From: Planctomycetota bacterium
GTDB lineage: Bacteria > Planctomycetota > PLA2 > JAEUHO01
Assembly: GCA_965222115.1 (NCBI GenBank)
Contig: CBDCTJ010000001.1
Span: 288,001-352,000, forward strand
DNA length: 64,000 nucleotides
Reading direction: 5' to 3'
The notes beneath the pieces were generated by a model. It worked only from the letters and a program-made list of their open reading frames with translations, had not been told where the DNA came from and made no database searches. Below, in pieces: positions 51,751-61,149 of the stretch (positions are counted from its first letter, which is position 1; each line of letters starts with the position of its first letter). The position numbers and the translations under genes are program-made.

Positions 51751-52473
51751 TTATACAACGGGTCGGTAGCACCCATCTTTCAATATGGGAACAACCGATG
51801 AAGCATCATATGCTGCGATCACGTCGATGTCGGCCGCATAGCCAATCGACGTGAGTTCGCGCCCGCCAACGCATTTTTGGAGGCGCCGTCGAAGATCGTG
51901 TTCGGCCTCGTGGAATGCAGCGACCGCGCCCTGCGCTTCGGGAGACGTGCTTCCCTGTAAATGCGTTAGTATCGCGCCCGCACCAACCAAGTCTTCGTAG
52001 GCCGGTCGCAGCGACTCATCCTCGTTCCATCGTTCGCCCGCGGCTACAACGCCCACTGTTTGACCGCATTTCATGGCGAACCGTGCGCAGGCAGTCGCGT
52101 TTCTCAGACACCCCGCAACGGTGATTGCGTTGCCCGTTGCGAACGAGAGGGTTGAGCCGTTGGGCGAGGGGAGCACAATCGATTCGCCGGCGTTTAGCGC
52201 CTGGAGTGACACGGGCGAAAGCGACAATCCGCCATCGTGCCGCGAGCCCGCGAGCGAGGCGCCATGGTTTGAGGCGAATGTGGCGGCCGTGTCATCTCGC
52301 CACACGTAGGGAAACACGGTGGCGCCCTGTTCCAGGGCAACGACCACAGCCGTTGAAAAGCTCATGACGTCCACGATGACGACGACGTCGCAATGCTGGC
52401 CAAGCAGAGCGGCACCATGCCGTCCCCACATGAACCGCACACGAAACGCTTCCTGGTGATAGAAACCTGCCAT
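51751..52473 (-). CDS. 2-phosphosulfolactate phosphatase (ComB) family protein
   Basis: VVIVDVMSFST, SLSPVSL, LPSPNGS, CLRNATA, AAGERW, EDLVGAG. Confidence 0.88.
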   Translation of the reverse strand: MAGFYHQEAFRVRFMWGRHGAALLGQHCDVVVIVDVMSFSTAVVVALEQGATVFPYVWRDDTAATFASNHGASLAGSRHDGGLSLSPVSLQALNAGESIVLPSPNGSTLSFATGNAITVAGCLRNATACARFAMKCGQTVGVVAAGERWNEDESLRPAYEDLVGAGAILTHLQGSTSPEAQGAVAAFHEAEHDLRRRLQKCVGGRELTSIGYAADIDVIAAYDASSVVPILKDGCYRPVV

Positions 52474-52510
52474 CTAGTGAACCAGGAACTGCTCGCCCGA
52501 TCGCGTGCGA

Positions 52511-53524
52511 TCACTTTCTGCGTTTTTTCGGGACATCGATACGCGGCCGGTCGAAATTGTCCGGAATAAGATTGATCCCGTCGTCTAGCAGTTCATGCTC
52601 CTGAAGTTCAATGACTTCGGCACGCACGAGTGAAACGAGTTCGATCGACTTGCCTTCTTTGTTGGTGGTCTTTTTTCCACTGCCGATGAGCAACCACCCG
52701 GCATCAGGCATGGCGGCATCATCGACCGTGAACTTCGTAACGTGTACTTCCGGAACTTGGATCGTCACTTCTTGATGCGGCTCGGGTAGCGCGGCGTTTT
52801 TGTCCTTGAGATTGATCTTCTTTTGGGGAATAGGGCGTGCGACGGATGCGTGGGTCGATGAAATGCTTACGATGATTTTCTTCTTGTCTGCAGTGATCGT
52901 GGGGCGCATATCGAGCGTGATCCCCTCTTGGATGATGCCGATCACGGGATCGGCGATCACTGACACGTCGGCCACCTCGACTTCGTAGTCCTTCACGTAG
53001 GAGATTTGGTTCAACATGCTCACGTTGCACTTCTGATTGTCATAGACAGTGATTCGCGGCGCCGCCACGACCGACGCCTTGGGCGAGGCCTCCACACGCT
53101 TCATGATGGATTCAGCTTCGGCGACCGTGAGTGCCAACGAGCGCGCATCTTGCGCCGGTCGGCGATGGCCAAGCACTGCATCAGCGACCCTGGCATCAAC
53201 TTCAATGACGTGTGTCTCGATATTGACGAGATGGCTTGCTTGGGGGAGGGGCTCACTGGGATCCGTCGCATCGTGCCCACCTTGCGTTGCGGGCAAGGGG
53301 ACCCGTCGCGCACTGCGACGAATGCGAAGTGCGCGAAACACGGCAATCAACTCCGCGCGGTCTGCCGACTCCAGCCACGCAGCCACCAAAGCGTGTTCCG
53401 CCTCGTTGCCATCAAGGATCATTGCTGCGAGTTCATCGGCAGATGGCTCCCCTTCGGCAACGGCGGACCCTGACCCCGCGATGAGAAAACCGATGAATGC
53501 CGCTGCAAATAAAACGTGTCGCAT
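52511..53524 (-). CDS. Exported secretin-like (type II/III secretion family) protein, short form
   Basis: GGAGG RBS and signal peptide; APRITVYDNQ...QISYVKDYEVEV...ADPVIG...EGITLDMRPTI. Confidence 0.75.
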   Translation of the reverse strand: MRHVLFAAAFIGFLIAGSGSAVAEGEPSADELAAMILDGNEAEHALVAAWLESADRAELIAVFRALRIRRSARRVPLPATQGGHDATDPSEPLPQASHLVNIETHVIEVDARVADAVLGHRRPAQDARSLALTVAEAESIMKRVEASPKASVVAAPRITVYDNQKCNVSMLNQISYVKDYEVEVADVSVIADPVIGIIQEGITLDMRPTITADKKKIIVSISSTHASVARPIPQKKINLKDKNAALPEPHQEVTIQVPEVHVTKFTVDDAAMPDAGWLLIGSGKKTTNKEGKSIELVSLVRAEVIELQEHELLDDGINLIPDNFDRPRIDVPKKRRK

Positions 53525-53645
53525 CTCGACCTCCGTGGCACCACCGTAGATGGGTGCGCGTAACGGGTGAGTCATCGAGGCGCGGGATCCAAAGAAATCG
53601 TTATGAAGGTATGACGTTCGACCCGCTCGTAAGGTGATGGACGTC

Positions 53646-54476
53646 ATGAGCGACAAAGAATCTCCAGAACACGAGTACATCCTTGGCACGGACCACGCTG
53701 AACTTGCGCGCCTGGCGAGCCAACACGACACATGGCGCGAACAGGCAACCGCACTCTGGAACGTCGTCGGACTTGAGGAGGGTCACCGCGTCCTGGATCT
53801 TGGATGTGGACCCGGGCATGTGACGCTCGATCTTGCCACTCGCGTTGGTAAGTCGGGAGCCGTGGTAGGGCGCGATCAAAGCGCGCGATTCATTGCGCAT
53901 CTTCAGAACGAAGCACGGATGCAAAGCCTGTCTCACGTATCCACGTCACTTGGCAATGTTGAAGAGATCGATCCAGCGCTTGAGCCATTCGACTTCATCT
54001 ATGCCCGCTGGCTCTTCTGCTGGCTGGAACACCCCGAGCGAGCGCTGAGCGCCTGTCATCACTATCTAAAGCCCGGCGGTAAACTCCTGTTGCAGGAGTA
54101 CATCGACTGGGCCACCATGGCGCTTATCCCTCCCAGTGACGCGTTCACACGCGCGGTCAAGGCCGGCATGGATAGTTGGGCAGCGGGCATTGGTCGCATC
54201 AACATCGCGCGCCACATCCCCGAACTTGCCAGCGCGACGGGCCTCCGCGTAACACATATTCAACCCGTCGCTCGTATAGGCGCGGTGGGTTCACCCGTGT
54301 GGAGGTGGATTGGTGGATTCGTTCACTCGTACGTGCCGCGGCTGATTGGGCAAGGCCTGATTACGAGCGACGAGGTAGACGCCATGCGCAACGCGTGGCG
54401 AGAGCGCGAAGCAACCCGCGAGGGGTACCTCATGGCGCCCACGATGTGCGACCTTGTGTTGGAACACGCCTCGTAG
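53646..54476 (+). CDS. Class I SAM-dependent methyltransferase
   Basis: YILG...ELARL, VLDLGCGPG, LKPGG. Confidence 0.9.
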   Translation: MSDKESPEHEYILGTDHAELARLASQHDTWREQATALWNVVGLEEGHRVLDLGCGPGHVTLDLATRVGKSGAVVGRDQSARFIAHLQNEARMQSLSHVSTSLGNVEEIDPALEPFDFIYARWLFCWLEHPERALSACHHYLKPGGKLLLQEYIDWATMALIPPSDAFTRAVKAGMDSWAAGIGRINIARHIPELASATGLRVTHIQPVARIGAVGSPVWRWIGGFVHSYVPRLIGQGLITSDEVDAMRNAWREREATREGYLMAPTMCDLVLEHAS

Positions 54477-54592
54477 GTCGAGCGGGCAACGCCCATTGAT
54501 TCGCCGTTTCAAGACCATGCGGGCGTGGATTCGGCCCCTCCTCCGCCCTGGAATTGCGGTAAGATTTCGCTCATCCCAGCGGAGAACTCACC

Positions 54593-55300
54593 ATGACCGA
54601 TGTCACCATGCGCCCCGGCCAAGTTGCGGTTGGTAGGCTCGACAGCGACGCACGCGCCGTGTTCATTACGAAGACCTATAGCCACCTCTTCTTGGGTGTG
54701 ATGGCCTTCATCGTGTCGGCGGGTCTCATGTTGCGCATGGGTGTCGGTGAATCCCTGATTGAATGGTTCGGTGGCAGCACGATGAAGATGCTGCTCTTCT
54801 TCGGCGGCTTCGTCGTCGCGGGTTGGCTCGGCACGCACTGGGCAGCAACCGCGCGCACGAAGCCTATGCAGTACACGGGTTTCTTTATCTACGTGCTGCT
54901 GCAAGCGCTCTTCTTCTGCCCTCTGCTCTATATCGCCGCCACGCACTACGACGGCGTTATTACGAAGGCGGCCATCGCCACTGTAGGCGGCTTCTGCTGT
55001 TTGACCGGCATCGCCTTCTGGACCCGCAAAGACTTCTCCTTCCTCGGTGGGCTGGTGAAGTGGGGCTTCATCTGCGCCCTGCTGCTCATCGTGGGCAGCC
55101 TCGTGTTCGGTTTCGAACTCGGCCTCTTCTTCTCGATCGTGATGGTTGCCCTCGCCGGCGCGGCCATTCTTTACGACACCTCCAACGTGATTCACCACTA
55201 CCCCGAAGACCGGTACGTGGCTGCCGGGCTCGCGCTCTTCGCCTCCGTTGCGGTAATGTTCTTCTACCTGATCCGCATCTTCATGGAACTTCAGGAATAG
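54593..55300 (+). CDS. Bax inhibitor-1/YccA family membrane protein
   Basis: Seven TM helices, FITKTYSHL, KDFSFLG, ILYDTSN. Confidence 0.92.
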   Translation: MTDVTMRPGQVAVGRLDSDARAVFITKTYSHLFLGVMAFIVSAGLMLRMGVGESLIEWFGGSTMKMLLFFGGFVVAGWLGTHWAATARTKPMQYTGFFIYVLLQALFFCPLLYIAATHYDGVITKAAIATVGGFCCLTGIAFWTRKDFSFLGGLVKWGFICALLLIVGSLVFGFELGLFFSIVMVALAGAAILYDTSNVIHHYPEDRYVAAGLALFASVAVMFFYLIRIFMELQE

Positions 55301-55397
55301 CGGCTACACGTACGATCTAGCGTTCGACCCGCCGCCTCTACGGGCAAAATTCGAAAGTTCTCGCAACGCCACGCCCTCGTACGTGAAGTAGAGGGTG

Positions 55398-56435
55398 ATG
55401 GCGAGCGTCGAGACCCTTTTCAAGCGCTACCAGACCCGCGGCGACGCACGGGCGCTTGCCAAAGTCTTTGATCGCACCGCCGACGAAGCGTTGCGGGTGG
55501 CGATGCATTTCGCACGTCATCCCGCCGAAGCCGAGGAGTGGCTTCAGCAGACGTACTTGATCGCGATTGAACGCGCGTCGTCGTGGGACGCGTCGCGCCG
55601 CTTCATGCCGTGGCTGCTAGGGATCTTGCGAAACGTTGTCCGACGCACACATGCGAGTGCCTCCACGTTAGCGCCCGGCACGCGTCCTCCGCTGTCAAGG
55701 CCTGCACAGTCAAGGGCGGCTCGCGACCCGCTCGATGGGTTCGAGTGGACGCGTGCCGTCGCTGAGGCCGTAGAACGAATCGACGATCCGTATCGCGCCG
55801 TTCTCATCCTGCGCCTGCAACATGACCTCGCGCCCGCTGAGATCGCACAACTTCATCGCGTGCCGCCAGCCACGATTCGCTCTCAGCTACACCGCGGGCT
55901 CGCATTGCTTCGACGCAAGCTGGCACCGCAACACCAACAACGTTCGTTACACGCACTACCCATGCCGCTCGGTATCGCTGCGATTCGTGAAAACGTTCTT
56001 ACGCGAGCGGTGGCAACCACTGCGCTATCCACGTCGGCAGTGAGCTCAAGCACGTTGCTTCTTGGAGGATTGGCCTTGAACAAACTCGTTGCCGGACTTC
56101 TGGGAGCCGCACTGCTCGCCTTTGTACTCACCGATCCCTTGTCTCTGTGGCGAACGAATTCAAAGATCAATACCACGACCGTGTCAGACGTCGCCACGAG
56201 CCAATCCGAAGCGGATGTCGAGCAAGCACCCACGTTGTCGCCGATCCAACCAAACACCGCGTCGAGTGGTACGGAGACGGGCAACGAGGCACTGCACGTA
56301 GGCCCCGACGTAGACCTGAACAAGGTAGATCGCGACAGGGATGTGCACGGAACTGTCGTGCTCAAAGATGGAACGCCGGTGCCTGGCGCGGAAGTGGTGT
56401 TCGAGCATCAACCGGGGCGATTGAGTTGGTCATGA
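55398..56435 (+). CDS. ECF sigma-TM fusion, apparently truncated at the start of its first extracytoplasmic domain
   Basis: AEEWLQQTY, EIAQLHRVPPATIRSQLHRGL, TM, then VHGTVVLKDGTPVPGAEV and a stop. Confidence 0.75.
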   Translation: MASVETLFKRYQTRGDARALAKVFDRTADEALRVAMHFARHPAEAEEWLQQTYLIAIERASSWDASRRFMPWLLGILRNVVRRTHASASTLAPGTRPPLSRPAQSRAARDPLDGFEWTRAVAEAVERIDDPYRAVLILRLQHDLAPAEIAQLHRVPPATIRSQLHRGLALLRRKLAPQHQQRSLHALPMPLGIAAIRENVLTRAVATTALSTSAVSSSTLLLGGLALNKLVAGLLGAALLAFVLTDPLSLWRTNSKINTTTVSDVATSQSEADVEQAPTLSPIQPNTASSGTETGNEALHVGPDVDLNKVDRDRDVHGTVVLKDGTPVPGAEVVFEHQPGRLSWS

Positions 56436-56511
56436 AACCAAGGTGACTGCACGTGTACCGCATCTGCTGTTCTCGCAGGCCGGGCCCCAACTCGCCGACT
56501 ATCCTCAAAGA

Positions 56512-56814
56512 ATGAACACACACTCTCTCGACGACTCGCTCTTTCAGGACATCAAACACTCGTTTCGCGGTGCTTCGCGAGCGACAACGATCGTGGTTTG
56601 GCTGGAGACCCTTGCGTTCTTTGCCGTAGCGGTGTGGGCGGCGGTAAAATTTTTCGATGCGGAGACAACGCGCGATCACATTTTGTACGCCACCGTGTTT
56701 CTCAGCGCATGGGTGTCGATGCTGGCGTGCAAGATCTGGTATCACAATCGATTGAATCGGGCCGCTATGCTGCGCGCGATTTCCCGCAGAACTGATTGTC
56801 ACGCAGATCCGTGA
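56512..56814 (+). CDS. Small two-TM membrane protein
   Basis: TATCCT -10 six nt before ATG; two hydrophobic helices, KIWY motif. Confidence 0.6.
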   Translation: MNTHSLDDSLFQDIKHSFRGASRATTIVVWLETLAFFAVAVWAAVKFFDAETTRDHILYATVFLSAWVSMLACKIWYHNRLNRAAMLRAISRRTDCHADP

Positions 56815-57010
56815 CGCGTGACGGCTGAATTCGAAGGAAGACCTAATTTACAATTGTGTAACACGGATGGGGCTCGCTGAGCTCCTGCCGTTCCCAGAGG
56901 CGCCTAGGATTCATGAAGTCTCAGAGACTACAGAGTCACCCCGCCTACTGGGCAGCCTGGGTACTATGGGGGCTTCCCGATTAGCACGTCCTCCGCGAAG
57001 GATCCACAAG

Positions 57011-57397
57011 ATGCGCCTTGAACATATCAATATGACGGTATCGAATCTCAATCGATCGATTGAACTCTACTCACAAGTGCTCGGCCTGCACATCCGATGG
57101 CAGGGCCACACCATGAGCGGACGCCCCGCAGCACACGTAGGAACTCCGAGTTGGTACATCGCCATGTTTGAAGGCGACGAAGCGGACGTCGCCACCAACT
57201 ATGATCGGACGGGCTTCAATCACTTCGGCGTCGTTGTGGAGAACCTCGATGCAGTGGTAGCCAAACTTGGGGAACTTGGCATTGACACGCACATGGAAAC
57301 CGACATTCACCACATGGACATGCACGGCAAGAACGCCTACTTCTACGATCCCGATGGGCACGAGGTCGAACTCATTGAGTATTCATCGGAGGGGTGA
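57011..57397 (+). CDS. VOC/glyoxalase family protein
   Basis: LEHINMTV, NHFGVVV, YFYDPDGHEVELI. Confidence 0.92.
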   Translation: MRLEHINMTVSNLNRSIELYSQVLGLHIRWQGHTMSGRPAAHVGTPSWYIAMFEGDEADVATNYDRTGFNHFGVVVENLDAVVAKLGELGIDTHMETDIHHMDMHGKNAYFYDPDGHEVELIEYSSEG

Positions 57398-57444
57398 TTC
57401 CTCGAACCGTGTCCGTCTCGGGACACAGGTCGCTATACTCGGGC

Positions 57445-58815
57445 GTGCGATTCGGTTTGATCATGCCCGTGTTCGTTCTGTGCGTGGTGATCGTATGCCC
57501 GAGTACATACGCCAAAGAGGAGGCGGCTCTCGACGAACTCGTATGGCGTTCCGTCGACGCGGACGACGCGAACTACTCGCGTGCCCTTGATGCGGTTCTC
57601 AAGGCCTCAAGCAACAGGTGGGAAGACGTGGTCGGCGTCCTCAAGCGCGGGAGACGCTATAGCGATGTCAGAGGATTCCATCTAGGCGAAGACTTTGATG
57701 CCATTGCGAAGGACTGGCACGCCGCCAAATGGAAACCGGGAACCGTAGGCATTCACACCCTGGGATCGCACCCCGAACATTGGTATGGACTCTATGTGCA
57801 CAAGTCCACGTCCAAACACCGCAAGATCCCCGTCCTCTTCGAGGTTGGACCCAGACGCGTCACACTTCCGGACGGCAGATTTCCAGCCGCAGGAAAGGGA
57901 TTGGAACAAGAGATCTACCGGCCACCGGGTTGGGCTGTCGTGATACCTAACTGGCGTATGTTTCAGATGGCGGAACAGAAGGGCATGCCCATGGCCCTCA
58001 CCGCGGGACGCGGATTTCAGACGTGGATGCTCTCCGTCATAGCCGACCTGGAACGTCGTATCCCTGTAGATCGCGACCGCATCGTGATTACCGGCTTTAG
58101 CCGTGGAGGCAACTGCGCGTGGTACTTCGCAACGCACTACCCAGATCTTTTGGCGGGCGCTGCGCCGGGATCGGGCTATTACCCGACCGCCGCCACGATG
58201 GAACAGAACCTTAGGAACGTCCCCCTACTAATCGGGTCGGCAGACGATCGCATGCACCGCGCGGCGAATATCTGGAGCAAGCGCATTGCAGCACGTTTTC
58301 AACGCCAAAAGTACCGCATCTCGCCTGTGGAACTGAAGGGCAGACTTCACGGAATCAAGTGGCTGACGCCAGTATGGGAATGGGCAGAGGCAAGACGACG
58401 ACAGCCACTGCCCGATCACATTGACTACACACGACAGGATCCTATACACCGACGCGCCTATTGGATTGAGATTCAAGAGACTAAGAATCCGGGCAAGCCG
58501 CGTACGGTCTCAATACAGGGCCCTGGAAAGAACACGATTGAACAGTTCCAGATTCATCAGCGCCCAACTCGTGTGAAGGTCTATCGCACAGGCAAGAACG
58601 CCATCAAGCTCGTGCTAAAGAACGTCGCCAAACTCCGCATTTGGCTCTCGCCCGACCAACATGACTTGAGCAAGCCCGTTCACGTCACGATCCGCAACAA
58701 GACGAAGACCTACACCGTCGCACCGTCCATCGACACGTTGCTTCGGCACTTCCGCGTGCATCGCGATAACCGGCGACTGTTTCCTGCGTACATCGACATT
58801 GATACGAATCAGTGA
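57445..58815 (+). CDS. Exported alpha/beta hydrolase (esterase/peptidase)
   Basis: Signal peptide; DRDRIVITGFSRGG nucleophile elbow; RAYWIEI C-terminal domain. Confidence 0.8.
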   Translation: MRFGLIMPVFVLCVVIVCPSTYAKEEAALDELVWRSVDADDANYSRALDAVLKASSNRWEDVVGVLKRGRRYSDVRGFHLGEDFDAIAKDWHAAKWKPGTVGIHTLGSHPEHWYGLYVHKSTSKHRKIPVLFEVGPRRVTLPDGRFPAAGKGLEQEIYRPPGWAVVIPNWRMFQMAEQKGMPMALTAGRGFQTWMLSVIADLERRIPVDRDRIVITGFSRGGNCAWYFATHYPDLLAGAAPGSGYYPTAATMEQNLRNVPLLIGSADDRMHRAANIWSKRIAARFQRQKYRISPVELKGRLHGIKWLTPVWEWAEARRRQPLPDHIDYTRQDPIHRRAYWIEIQETKNPGKPRTVSIQGPGKNTIEQFQIHQRPTRVKVYRTGKNAIKLVLKNVAKLRIWLSPDQHDLSKPVHVTIRNKTKTYTVAPSIDTLLRHFRVHRDNRRLFPAYIDIDTNQ

Positions 58816-59006
58816 GCTGGCGGGATGTTGCCATGGAATGAATCGGAGCGTATCTGGAGGATGTCGAACGGGGACCAGGTTACGGAATGGGACAAAGGCT
58901 AGGAAAGAGCGATGGCGCGAACGGTTTAGGGAATCGTTGATGATGTTTGTAGATCGAGTCGCGACTTCCACTCGCGCCTGCCGCCCATTTCCCGTAGAGT
59001 GTACTC

Positions 59007-59528
59007 GTGCATGAGAACCACCAACGCGAGCAGTATTTCTTTGAGTCGAGCACGGTACAGATGCTGGCCGACACACTTGACGCCTTCGAACGCGTTTGTT
59101 GCTTATGTACGCCCACACTGGGTAAGGCATTGATAGAACGGGGAAAGTCGCCGCGCATTCTCGACATTGACGAACGCTTTGCAGACCTCGACGGTTTTCG
59201 CAAGTACGACCTCTATCGTCCTGACGTGTTGAATGAAGACTACGACGTCATTGTCTGCGATCCGCCGTTCTTCAACGTGTCGCTATCGCAGCTCTTCCAT
59301 GCCATACGCACGCTTTGCCGGTTCGACACGAGCCGGCGCGTCATGGTGTCCTATCTTGTGCGTCGCGAAGCGACCATCCTCGGCACATTTCATCCGTTCG
59401 ACCTAAGGCCCACATCAATTGAGCCGCGCTACATCACCGTCCAAGAGAGTGAGCGCAACCGCATCCGCCTTTACGCCAACTTCCCCACCGTACGGTGCAC
59501 TGCACCCGACGGATCGTATGACAGCTAG
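59007..59528 (+). CDS. EEF1AKMT1/Efm5 (N6-adenineMlase family)-like SAM-dependent methyltransferase
   Basis: EQYFF, CCLCTPT, LDIDERF, YDLYRP, VIVCDPPF, C-terminal LYANF. Confidence 0.7.
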   Translation: MHENHQREQYFFESSTVQMLADTLDAFERVCCLCTPTLGKALIERGKSPRILDIDERFADLDGFRKYDLYRPDVLNEDYDVIVCDPPFFNVSLSQLFHAIRTLCRFDTSRRVMVSYLVRREATILGTFHPFDLRPTSIEPRYITVQESERNRIRLYANFPTVRCTAPDGSYDS

Positions 59529-59790
59529 CCCGGACTATTCATGAACTAGCGAAAATCGCGCGGTTCTCGCTGGTCTTCGAACCCAATCTCTTTGCGGAGA
59601 AAGTGACTGGATACGCGCCATGACACGCGCGCGCTCCGCATCGTCAAACAGCGATTGCAAGTGGGTTCTCCTTCAAGTCTAGGGCGCCGATCTTATCCAG
59701 ATCGGCCGCGGAATCACATTGAAGGGACAATTTTTCTCTCTACGCCCGTCTACGTTTTGACACGGCACACTGGATTTCACGGGAGCAACC

Positions 59791-60705
59791 ATGGTCTCGA
59801 ACGCATTTCGCACGGGGTCTTTACTCTTGACGGTGTTGCTCGCCGGCTGCGGTGGCGGATCTGGATCCGGAGGCGACGCTGGAAGTGGTGGTGGTGGTGG
59901 TGGCGGGCCAAGCGCGTTGGAGCTCATATCCGACGAATTTGATGACGCGACCACGCTTAGCGATTGGCAACGCGTCTATGTCGAAGAGTCGTGGGGCTTT
60001 GACCAACTCGAAACCATCGACATCGACACGACCGAACCCGGGGCAATGTACCTACTCCCCCATACAAACGCGTGGTTTCAAGACTGGCGAGGCGTGCTGG
60101 TGTTCAAGGAGATCACGGGCGACTTCATTGCCACGGCCCATATGGAGGTGAGCAACCGCGCGGGAACCGGAGCCCCCGGGGAGCTCTACTCGTTGGCGGG
60201 AATCATGACCCGCGCCCCGCGCAGTGTCACGCCCGCCACGTGGACGGCGGGTGGCGAGGATTACGTCTTTCTTAGCATGGGCACTGCCGACACGCCGGGC
60301 ACGTGGCAAACCGAAGTTAAGACCACCGACAACAGCGTATCCGTACTGGAGATCGACGCCGGGCAAGCCGAAGGCACACTTCGCACGGCGCGCATCGGGC
60401 CGCATGTCATTGTGTTGATTCGCTGGCCCGGGATGGATTGGCAAGTGCATCGGCGTTATCGACGGGACGACTTTCCAAACACACTCCAAGTGGGCATTAC
60501 GACCTACACGGATTGGGACACGTGTTCCGCAGCAGGCGTAGACACCCACAACACGACGCCGCTCGCGGGCAATCCCGATCTCGTTTGCCGGGTTGACTAC
60601 ATGCGCTTTATCGAGCCCAATGTGCCGGCCGCTCTCGTGGGCGCGGATCTCTCCAATCCCGCGGCCGTCACAGACGACGAGTTGCTGGCCTTCATGGGGT
60701 TCTGA
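59791..60705 (+). CDS. Lipoprotein with a concanavalin-like beta-sandwich (DUF1349-like)
   Basis: Lipobox LAGC, Gly linker, SDEFDD, FKEITGDF, AGIMTR. Confidence 0.7.
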   Translation: MVSNAFRTGSLLLTVLLAGCGGGSGSGGDAGSGGGGGGGPSALELISDEFDDATTLSDWQRVYVEESWGFDQLETIDIDTTEPGAMYLLPHTNAWFQDWRGVLVFKEITGDFIATAHMEVSNRAGTGAPGELYSLAGIMTRAPRSVTPATWTAGGEDYVFLSMGTADTPGTWQTEVKTTDNSVSVLEIDAGQAEGTLRTARIGPHVIVLIRWPGMDWQVHRRYRRDDFPNTLQVGITTYTDWDTCSAAGVDTHNTTPLAGNPDLVCRVDYMRFIEPNVPAALVGADLSNPAAVTDDELLAFMGF

Positions 60706-60722
60706 GCACCATAACGTTCCGC

Positions 60723-60776
60723 CAATCCTGAAAAAAAGTGCCCAAAAAGGTGCTGGGAGTAAATTTGCGGGATTCG
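60723..60776. repeat. Degenerate inverted copy of the 29878-29920 hairpin element
   Basis: Shares GTAAATTTGCGGGATTCG and AAAAA(G)GTGC with the reverse complement of 29878-29920. Confidence 0.6.
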
Positions 60777-60811
60777 CGCCCGGGCCCCGGCGATGTGCCA
60801 CAATCGGCACC

Positions 60812-61111
60812 ATGTGCCGCAACATCAAAACACTGCATAACTTCGCACCGCCTGCAACCGACGAGGAGATCCGAGCATCGGCGCTTCAGTACGTTCGAAA
60901 GCTGAGTGGTTCGACAAAACCATCCAAGGCCAACGAAGCCGTGTTTGAACAGGCTGTCCGAGAAGTCTCCGACGCGACAAAGCGATTGCTTCGTGGACTT
61001 GTCACCAAAGCCGCGCCTCGCGATCGTGCGGTGGAGGCTGAAAGGGCTCGCATTCGAGGGCAGAAACGAATGCAGCGCCTCGCACGCAACTCAAGCCCGT
61101 CCTCGGGGTAG
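60812..61111 (+). CDS. DUF2277 family protein
   Basis: MCRNIKTLHNFAPPATDEEIRASALQYVRKLSG signature. Confidence 0.9.
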   Translation: MCRNIKTLHNFAPPATDEEIRASALQYVRKLSGSTKPSKANEAVFEQAVREVSDATKRLLRGLVTKAAPRDRAVEAERARIRGQKRMQRLARNSSPSSG

Positions 61112-61149
61112 CAATCAACATACGCTCGGTCCGTGTTCGGAGGCTGTCC

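Noticed and set aside
52511-53731. 406-aa version of the secretin-like ORF
   Set aside because: It overlaps the divergent methyltransferase; the GGAGG RBS and signal peptide support a start at 53524.
56433-56435. Selenocysteine readthrough of the ECF stop TGA
   Set aside because: No redox-motif context, and the downstream in-frame sequence does not resemble the expected domain; a separate gene occupies another frame.
59529-59790. ncRNA in the 260-bp intergenic gap
   Set aside because: No recognisable tRNA, riboswitch or strong structure by eye.
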